DNA of 23,526 bases from Opitutales bacterium (GTDB taxonomy: Bacteria > Verrucomicrobiota > Verrucomicrobiia > Opitutales > UBA9783). A model generated the notes under the pieces. It was not told the origin of the DNA and did no database searches. It was given only the letters and a program-made list of their open reading frames with translations. This document shows positions 18,002-23,526 of this stretch, one piece after another (the first letter of the stretch is position 1; the number at the start of each line of letters is the position of its first letter). The position numbers were made by a program, and so were the translations under genes. The stretch is taken from assembly GCA_024407725.1 (NCBI GenBank), contig JAKSVZ010000013.1, positions 1-23,526 of the forward strand, given 5' to 3'.

Positions 18002-18701
18002 TGCCTTGTATAACGCTTCAGGTGAAGTGCCATTTGCCCAAATCGCAGCGGAGCATAATCAATGTAAGCAACGATGGGAAGAGCATCACATTCATCATAC
18101 GATTGCGTTTTTAGGTTCGTCCCGTTTAACGGAAACAGACGATCAAGGCGGTAAGGGTATGCATTGGTATCAAAGTGCACGGTATTTAGCTCACCAGCTT
18201 GCGTTATGGGCGCAAACATTACCGGAATCCATTCGCCCTTATATGATTACAGGCGGTGGTTCGGGAATCATGGAAGCGGTTAATCGGGGGGCAAGTGAAG
18301 CAGGAGCGATGAGTATTGGGTTGGTGAAACAGTTCCCCTCAGACCCTAACCTTATTAATGCTTACTGTACTCGCGACGTCAGCATGATATTTCATTCGTT
18401 ATCCTTGCGGAAATTCTGGTTGTTGGTTAAGGCGCGCGCACTTGTCTTTTTCCCCGGTGGGTTCGGAACGTTGGATGAACTTTTTAATGTTTGTGCGTTG
18501 ATACAAACTAACGATCTACCGCCCTTACCGATTATTTTGTTTGGAAGTGATTTTTGGAATCGAGCAATCTCATGGGATGCCCTCCTTGAACAGCATTGCA
18601 TTAGCGCCCATGAACGTTCATTGATTCGCCTAATGGATGATGCGGATGCAGTGGTAGACTACCTAAAAACAGCCTTGATTCCTGTGCTTAAAAACGAATG
18701 A
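17982..18701 (+). CDS. LOG family (TIGR00730 / lysine-decarboxylase-like) nucleotide-binding Rossmann protein, SLOG superfamily
   Basis: 239 aa. ITGGGSGIMEAVNRGA and FFPGGFGTLDELF (PGGxGTxxE) signature motifs. The start overlaps the upstream gene by 20 nt. Confidence 0.85.
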   Translation: MPSNPPSALYNASGEVPFAQIAAEHNQCKQRWEEHHIHHTIAFLGSSRLTETDDQGGKGMHWYQSARYLAHQLALWAQTLPESIRPYMITGGGSGIMEAVNRGASEAGAMSIGLVKQFPSDPNLINAYCTRDVSMIFHSLSLRKFWLLVKARALVFFPGGFGTLDELFNVCALIQTNDLPPLPIILFGSDFWNRAISWDALLEQHCISAHERSLIRLMDDADAVVDYLKTALIPVLKNE

Positions 18702-18711
18702 TTTATAATTT

Positions 18712-19593
18712 ATGTCGCAACCTTTAAACGTTTCTGTTGACCCTTATGCCTACAACCTTAGTTTGTTGCAAGAAGCGGTTCGTGTAGCGCGTTTAAGCGG
18801 TTGTTCAACGCTTTTATTTCCCTCCGATGCGTTTAATTCAACGATTCCTCAAGAAGCACTTGATGGTTTTGCGTGCATTGTTATGGGGGATAAGCAGGTG
18901 GAGTCGAGCAACCCAGCTGTGCATTACGTATCCTTTGATGTCCATAATCACTTGGGGGTTACGCCGTTAAAAACAGCATTATTGTTAGCTTATATCCGCG
19001 GCTATATCCGCTATAACGAAAAAGTATTTTGTTTGAATCGTACCCAAGGCGGTCAGTGTTTAAACCTGATGGTCGCGATGAATGTGCAGCAGGCAGTTCA
19101 TCCGATCCTTACCACTCCTCATATTTTACCCGCTTCGGTTCTTCCAGAAACCTTTGAACGTGCGTTAACCATTACAACGGAATTGGCTTATGAAGGACGG
19201 GAAGGAAAAGCAATTGGTACGATGTTGATTTTGGGAGATGCTAAAAGTTTTGAACCGTACATACGGCCATTGGTGCTCAATCCCTTTTTAGGTCATACCC
19301 CTGCAGAATGCAGTTTGCTCAATTCAGCTCTGGACGAAACCATCAAGGAATACGCGCAATTGGATGGAGGGTTTATTATTGATGGCAATGGGGTGGTGGT
19401 GAATGCAGGGGTATGGATTCAAGCGCCCTGTAGTATTCAACCGCCCAGTGGGTTTGGAACGCGGCATGCGGCAGCTATGGCATTTTCTCAAGCCGTAGAT
19501 TGCATCATCATTACGCTTTCATCGAGCAACCGACAAATTTCGTTGTTCCGCAATGGTCAGATGTTATCGCTATCGCCATTCGGCAATGCTTAA
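18712..19593 (+). CDS. DAC (DisA_N, diadenylate cyclase) domain protein with a soluble N-terminal alpha/beta domain (DacZ-like architecture)
   Basis: 293 aa with no TM segments. The C-terminal ~140 aa aligns by eye to DAC domains: YEGREGKAIGTMLILGD, LDGGFIIDGNG, GFGTRHAAAMAFSQAVDCIIITLSSSNRQISLF (compare the CdaA/DisA patterns ...GALI..., DGA.I., GTRHRAA...VSEE.G.IS). Confidence 0.7.
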   Translation: MSQPLNVSVDPYAYNLSLLQEAVRVARLSGCSTLLFPSDAFNSTIPQEALDGFACIVMGDKQVESSNPAVHYVSFDVHNHLGVTPLKTALLLAYIRGYIRYNEKVFCLNRTQGGQCLNLMVAMNVQQAVHPILTTPHILPASVLPETFERALTITTELAYEGREGKAIGTMLILGDAKSFEPYIRPLVLNPFLGHTPAECSLLNSALDETIKEYAQLDGGFIIDGNGVVVNAGVWIQAPCSIQPPSGFGTRHAAAMAFSQAVDCIIITLSSSNRQISLFRNGQMLSLSPFGNA

Positions 19594-20081
19594 AGTCGAT
19601 CGTTTAGGTTAGCAAAAACAGGATTTTGTTCAACGGGCATGCACAACTCTGCTATGGGTTCAGATAACTGCCCCTGTTCTAATTCCAACAGATAGTTTTT
19701 CCATTGCTTGGTTTGATTGATAAAAAATTCGAACGCGGATTCAAACACAGCGAGGGTTAGATTTACAATAGGGAAAGGATAGATGAGGATGATCGATGAT
19801 TGCTTCGGTTTTTTTGCCAACACACAGCCGCGCATTAAATTCCAAGTTGCATTGGCTTTGAGCAATGTATTGCAGGTTTGTTCTACATCGCAATCGCCCA
19901 ATGCGCCAATATCGGCAAAAAAAATCAGGGTTTCTAATTCGCTTTTGTAGGTGAGCTGAATCGTATGCTCTTTGTCGACGCACAACACACAGCTGAGGTT
20001 ATCATCTAAGGTTAAGCCGGATAATGAAATAGACTTACCAAAAGCATCCAAAACCTGATTGATTGCATCGACCGCTACCAT
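19590..20081 (-). CDS. Class I type III secretion chaperone (CesT/SycE/Tir-chaperone family, Slc1-like)
   Basis: 163 aa, acidic. The N-terminal pattern INQVLDAFGKSISLSGLTLDDNLSCVLCVDKEHTIQLTYKSELETLIFFADIG matches the canonical 'L.LD.n..c.l..d....i.l.y......l.l.a.ig' chaperone signature and the layout of chlamydial Slc1. Confidence 0.7.
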   Translation of the reverse strand: MVAVDAINQVLDAFGKSISLSGLTLDDNLSCVLCVDKEHTIQLTYKSELETLIFFADIGALGDCDVEQTCNTLLKANATWNLMRGCVLAKKPKQSSIILIYPFPIVNLTLAVFESAFEFFINQTKQWKNYLLELEQGQLSEPIAELCMPVEQNPVFANLNDRL

Positions 20082-20241
20082 AAAATCTACCGTGCATCTA
20101 ACGGCTTACCCGCATGCACTTTAGTTTATGATACTCTAAATTTTACAGGATGTAAACACCCGCAGGGTTAACAGGCACTGGGCAACAAATATCCCTTATG
20201 CTGCGTACAGCATTGAATCCCCTGTAACAATCAACAACCGC

Positions 20242-20412
20242 TTAGCTTTTGATTTCTCGATGTAAGGTTCGACGGCGTAAAAACCAGTTGTATTTTACCT
20301 TTTCAACCTTTTCAACTTGAGTCTTTTTATTGCGTGTTGTCATATAGCGCGAAGCAGGTTTTCCTTCATTGCGCGCTTCTGTACATTCAATAATAACGGT
20401 TTCCCTAGGCAT
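20242..20412 (-). CDS. rpmG: 50S ribosomal protein L33 (Cys-less, non-zinc form)
   Basis: Not in the ORF track (56 aa). Manual minus-strand translation from ATG (20410-20412) to TAA (20242-20244): MPRETVIIECTEARNEGKPASRYMTTRNKKTQVEKVEKVKYNWFLRRRTLHREIKS. This fits the L33 pattern (I.LECTE...Y.T.KNKK....+.E..KY......H..H+E.K). Confidence 0.85.
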   Translation of the reverse strand: MPRETVIIECTEARNEGKPASRYMTTRNKKTQVEKVEKVKYNWFLRRRTLHREIKS

Positions 20413-20502
20413 AATATAAAAATGTTTGCTTCTATCCTAGGGAACATTCGATAGATTTCAATAGAAATTTTATTTTAGGAACAATCAAGAGAGCTTGAAG
20501 CC

Positions 20503-20781
20503 TTATGCAAGGTGATTTAACTCATCTTGTTCTTCGCGCGCAATTTCCTGCATTCTTCGGGAATGGTTCTGCATCGCTACCCTCATTTGTTCAAGAATAG
20601 TCTTGTTGAGAATCTCCTTGTTGCGCTTTAGCCGTTCTTCGCGAGTCGTTTTTACCCCCTCTACCCCCTCTTTGTCTTCTACTTCTACGGGTAGTGCTTC
20701 GGGTTGTGCTATGACTTTGGGTTCAACTTGAATGGGTTGTAGGGGTTCGTGATGAATTAATTGTACGGGATTGAGCGACAT
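20503..20781 (-). CDS. Hypothetical small protein (92 aa) with a Pro-rich N-terminal half and a charged helical C-terminal half
   Basis: Track ORF is 20503..20892. I shorten it to the ATG at 20779-20781 (MSLNPVQLIHHEPLQP...) because the longer form overlaps the divergent hexapeptide gene and codes for an implausible leader. No recognisable family. Confidence 0.5.
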   Translation of the reverse strand: MSLNPVQLIHHEPLQPIQVEPKVIAQPEALPVEVEDKEGVEGVKTTREERLKRNKEILNKTILEQMRVAMQNHSRRMQEIAREEQDELNHLA

Positions 20782-20874
20782 ATCAATTTTACCTATATAA
20801 CTTATATAAAAACGGCGTTTTAAGTTGAAAAGTTTAGGAAAAATATTTAATCTAAATTTTTTTAGGGGTTGATT

Positions 20875-21522
20875 ATGATTTACGCACATCAATTATTTCA
20901 GTCGGTTCCGAATGATTGGCCATTTGCCAAATTCTTTTTATTGACCCAACCAGTCCATGAATGGATTCCGGTTATTGCCCAAGCTTTGCATTCGTTTTTT
21001 AATGCTTGTCCGCTTAATCAACGGATTCATTCAACCATTCCGCAGCGTTTGGTGGTACAAGGCGATGTTTATATTGGCGAACGGGTGATATTACCCCAAG
21101 CGGGAACGTTAATTGGGCCGCTCTATATTGGCGATGAATGTGAATTACGTCCCAATGTGTATTTGCGCGGTAATGTTATTGTGGGTAAAAAATGCGTTTT
21201 GGGGCATGCGTGTGAGCTTAAAAACGCGTTGTTGTTGGATTATGCGCAGGTACCGCATCGTAACTATGTAGGGGATTCTATTTTAGGAACCGGAGCGCAT
21301 TTAGGAGCAGGGTGTGTTCTATCCAATTTACGTTTTGATGGTCAAGACGTGTGTATGTATACCGCAGATGGTCAAAAATTTCAAACGGGGCTTAAGAAGC
21401 TGGGTGGAATTTTGGGGGATCATGCGGAAGCGGGATGCAATTCAGTATTGTGCCCTGGGGCTTGTTTATTCCCTCATGCTAAAGTTTTCCCTTGTGAATC
21501 TTTTCGAGGAACCCGTGTGTAA
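20875..21522 (+). CDS. Stand-alone left-handed beta-helix (hexapeptide repeat) protein, resembling the C-terminal domain of GlmU or sugar-nucleotidyltransferases
   Basis: Imperfect hexapeptide repeats run through VVQGDVYIGERVIL...IGDECELRPNVYLRGNVIVGKKCVLGHACELKNALLLDYAQVPHRNYVGDSILGTGAHLGAGCVLSN. AGGGG lies 6 nt upstream of ATG 20875 (the track start is TTG 20869). No nucleotidyltransferase domain is present. Confidence 0.78.
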   Translation: MIYAHQLFQSVPNDWPFAKFFLLTQPVHEWIPVIAQALHSFFNACPLNQRIHSTIPQRLVVQGDVYIGERVILPQAGTLIGPLYIGDECELRPNVYLRGNVIVGKKCVLGHACELKNALLLDYAQVPHRNYVGDSILGTGAHLGAGCVLSNLRFDGQDVCMYTADGQKFQTGLKKLGGILGDHAEAGCNSVLCPGACLFPHAKVFPCESFRGTRV

Positions 21523-21604
21523 TTAAAGTATCGCCATTTTTTATTTAATATTTCTTTTTAGGAATATTAAGAGTAAAGTAATGTCCTTAATTTAATAACA
21601 CACT

Positions 21605-22984
21605 ATGGTGGATTTAATTCAAGATCACCCGATCGCTCAACGGCTAGACCAGTATACCGTTGAAGAATTAAGCCAGCATTTGGATACCCATTTTGAGCAA
21701 TTAGATCCAACAAAGTTAGCTAATACCTCACCCCACGAAATTGGATTGTTCTTGGAACGTTTAGAGCTCGAAGAACAGCGGGTGTTTTTGCGGCGTGTGT
21801 CGGAAAAGATGGCTTCGTCGATTTTGGCTGAAATGGATGCTGAAAATTCGGCGGAAATCCTAAGCGTTATGCGGGAAATTCGGGCAGCGCGTATTATTGA
21901 GCTGTTGGATCCGGATGATGCGGTCGATTTAATCAGTGAATTGGATGAAAGCGACCGTATTCGTTTGCTATCGCGCGTTAGTCCAAAGGTTGCGATCACG
22001 TTACGCAAATTGTTGCGCTACAATCCGGATACCGCCGGAGGAGTTATGACTCCCAATGTGGCTACGTTGCAAGCAGATTGGGATGTGGCAACTGCCTTGG
22101 AATATATTAAGAAAGTTCCGCAGAAAGCCGAAAACGTTTACAATCTGTATGTTTTGGATGACCAAGATCATTTGGTTGGATTAACCACCTTGCGCAATTT
22201 GGTCTTTTCGAAGCCTACGCAAAAGATTAGCGAGATTATGAATACGCAAATCCAGCGTATTGCGTGCCTTCCCGAAGCCGATAAAAACGCGGTTGCTAGT
22301 ATCATGGCGGAGTACAATGTGATTGACGTGCCTGTGGTGGATGAACAGAACCATTTGCTGGGATGCGTTACCCACGATGATGTGTTGGATATCGTTCAGG
22401 AAGCAGCTACCTCCGATTTGCAGCAGATGCATGGAGCAGGTGCGGATGAAAGCATTCATGATAGCATCCTAGAGAGCTTACGGAAGCGTAATCCTTGGTT
22501 GATTATGAACCTTGTATTGGCGTTTTTATCTGCCTCTGTCATTTCGAAATTCAGCAATCAAATTGCCCAAATCAGTTACATGGCTGTTTTTATGACCCTA
22601 GTGGCAAATTTGGGAGGCAATACGGGAGCGCAAGCGTTGGCAGTTGCGATTCGGGGATTGGCCGTCGGAGAATTTCAAACAGGCGATGGTTGGTTGATTT
22701 GCCGTAAGGAATTGATGAAGGGGTTGCTGAATGGCATTGGCATTGGGGTTTGCGGCGGAGCAATTACGGTTTTCTTAACGCATAATGTTTTGATGGGAGT
22801 CACCCTCATGATCGCCATGATCATTACCATGCTGATCTCCGGATTGGCAGGGGTCATCGTCCCTCTTTTTTTAAAACGTTTTCACTTTGATCCTGCCCAA
22901 AGTTCCTATATTATTTTAACAACGCTAACCGATATTATCGGGTTATTTGTGTTTTTAAAACTGGGAACCTATTTACTCTTTTAA
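21605..22984 (+). CDS. mgtE: Magnesium transporter MgtE
   Basis: 459 aa. MgtE N-domain (acidic helical repeats, EILSVM...LLDPDDAVDLISELD), a tandem CBS pair (VMTPNV...VLDDQDHLVGLTTLRNL...VVDEQNHLLGCVTHDDVLDIV), and a five-helix TM domain with the GGNTGAQ motif. Confidence 0.95.
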   Translation: MVDLIQDHPIAQRLDQYTVEELSQHLDTHFEQLDPTKLANTSPHEIGLFLERLELEEQRVFLRRVSEKMASSILAEMDAENSAEILSVMREIRAARIIELLDPDDAVDLISELDESDRIRLLSRVSPKVAITLRKLLRYNPDTAGGVMTPNVATLQADWDVATALEYIKKVPQKAENVYNLYVLDDQDHLVGLTTLRNLVFSKPTQKISEIMNTQIQRIACLPEADKNAVASIMAEYNVIDVPVVDEQNHLLGCVTHDDVLDIVQEAATSDLQQMHGAGADESIHDSILESLRKRNPWLIMNLVLAFLSASVISKFSNQIAQISYMAVFMTLVANLGGNTGAQALAVAIRGLAVGEFQTGDGWLICRKELMKGLLNGIGIGVCGGAITVFLTHNVLMGVTLMIAMIITMLISGLAGVIVPLFLKRFHFDPAQSSYIILTTLTDIIGLFVFLKLGTYLLF

Positions 22985-22986
22985 TT

Positions 22987-23526
22987 ATGCCTGAAAAGCC
23001 GACCATCATTACCCTACAAGACTTAAAACAGCTGCCTATAGGGACGCCGTTTCATACGGTTGCTGCCGTTCGGCATACGGAACGTAAAACTGGGAAAACC
23101 GGAACTCCGTATTTGCAGGTTGAGGTTGGGGATGCGATTGATCACCTTAACTTTACCTGTTTTGAGAATCAACAACCCTTTGCGTTTTTTCAACAACCGG
23201 TTCAGCGCTTCCCGCATATTGTTCAATTGGAAGGAACGATTGATTTTTATAATAAAAAGCTAAGTCCTACCATTAAATCCGCTAAAAGTTTGGATGGCGA
23301 GGATTATGAATACTATCTGCCAAAGGTTTTAGAGGGGCCGGATGAAGCCTTAGAGGATTTAAAGCAGGAATTGCAATCGTGGATAGAAAAGATTGAGCAA
23401 AAAGAACTCAATGCCTTTACCATCAACTTCACCCGTATGGGCGAAGAGTCCGGACTTTCGCGTATTCCGTTTGTCGAATGCTGCAAGGCAATGGAGCGCG
23501 GTACAGGCTATGCCGGCGAAGGTGAT
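22987..23526 (+). CDS. Partial ORF (first 180 codons, runs off the right edge). The N-terminal region is OB-fold-like (YhaM/DnaE tRNA_anti-codon type); product uncertain.
   Basis: Not in the track (open-ended). ATG lies 2 nt after the mgtE stop, and I read no stop codon through 23526. The N-terminus ITLQDLKQLPIGTPFHTVAAVRHTERKTGKTGTPYLQVEVGDAIDHLNFTCFENQ...VQLEGTIDFYNKKLSPTIKS follows the OB-fold pattern of YhaM-type proteins. No HD motif is reached inside the window. Confidence 0.55.
   Translation, partial: MPEKPTIITLQDLKQLPIGTPFHTVAAVRHTERKTGKTGTPYLQVEVGDAIDHLNFTCFENQQPFAFFQQPVQRFPHIVQLEGTIDFYNKKLSPTIKSAKSLDGEDYEYYLPKVLEGPDEALEDLKQELQSWIEKIEQKELNAFTINFTRMGEESGLSRIPFVECCKAMERGTGYAGEGD

Noticed and set aside
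20082-20241. Possible tRNA/sRNA or terminator between rpmG and the chaperone gene (inverted repeat GTGCAT...ATGCAC near 20092-20119)
   Set aside because: The stem is only 6 bp with a 16-nt loop and no following U-tract on the transcribed strand. There is no cloverleaf-compatible structure. It is most simply an intercistronic spacer or promoter region.
20782-20892. N-terminal 37-codon extension of the small minus-strand ORF (track version 20503-20892)
   Set aside because: The extension overlaps the start of the divergent hexapeptide-repeat gene. It encodes an implausible basic/hydrophobic leader (MMCVNHNQPLKKFRLNIFPKLFNLKRRFYISYIGKID). The internal ATG at 20781 is preferred.
21523-21604. Possible Mg2+ (M-box) riboswitch upstream of mgtE
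   Set aside because: The spacer is only 82 nt and very AT-rich, too short for an M-box aptamer, and I saw no conserved helices.
1-23526. Looked for CRISPR-like spaced repeats, long direct or inverted repeats, IS/transposase or integrase genes, rRNA and tRNA
   Set aside because: None was seen by eye. The only tandem repeat noticed is the 9-nt duplication inside rpmG. A computational repeat and tRNA scan would be needed to exclude small elements.

Overview
Gene-dense 23.5 kb bacterial chromosomal window with about 23 protein-coding genes. I saw no rRNA, tRNA, CRISPR array, IS element or integrase. All calls come from reading the supplied translations and my own translation of unlisted frames against remembered family motifs; no database search was run. 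Left to right: a partial M42 peptidase (-); a long 527 bp intergenic region; then one co-directional (+) run. That run holds a DegT-type sugar aminotransferase, a split transketolase (N and C subunits), a small PglC-like phosphoglycosyl transferase, a long RseP site-2 protease, a secreted aromatic-Pro repeat protein, and MlaE/MlaF/MlaD-like genes. A (-) block follows with Rho (long N-terminal extension), a DUF374 protein and MutS. Next is a (+) four-gene block: Ap4A-phosphorylase-type HIT, a PgpH-like 7TM-HD phosphodiesterase, a LOG-family protein and a soluble DAC (diadenylate cyclase) domain protein. After that come a class-I type III secretion chaperone (-), ribosomal protein L33 (-, missing from the ORF track), a small Pro-rich/charged protein (-), a stand-alone hexapeptide-repeat protein (+), MgtE (+) and a partial OB-fold-like ORF (+). 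The Slc1-like T3S chaperone, the enlarged RseP, the Cys-less L33 and roughly 45 percent GC suggest a Chlamydiota/PVC-type genome; this is inference only. The two most interesting items are (1) the HIT-PgpH-LOG-DAC block, which may be a self-contained c-di-AMP/adenine-nucleotide signalling operon with an atypical cyclase, and (2) the unrecognised repeat protein translationally coupled to an Mla/TGD-like lipid transporter that has no MlaA/B/C genes. The rest looks like ordinary housekeeping with some lineage-specific elaborations.
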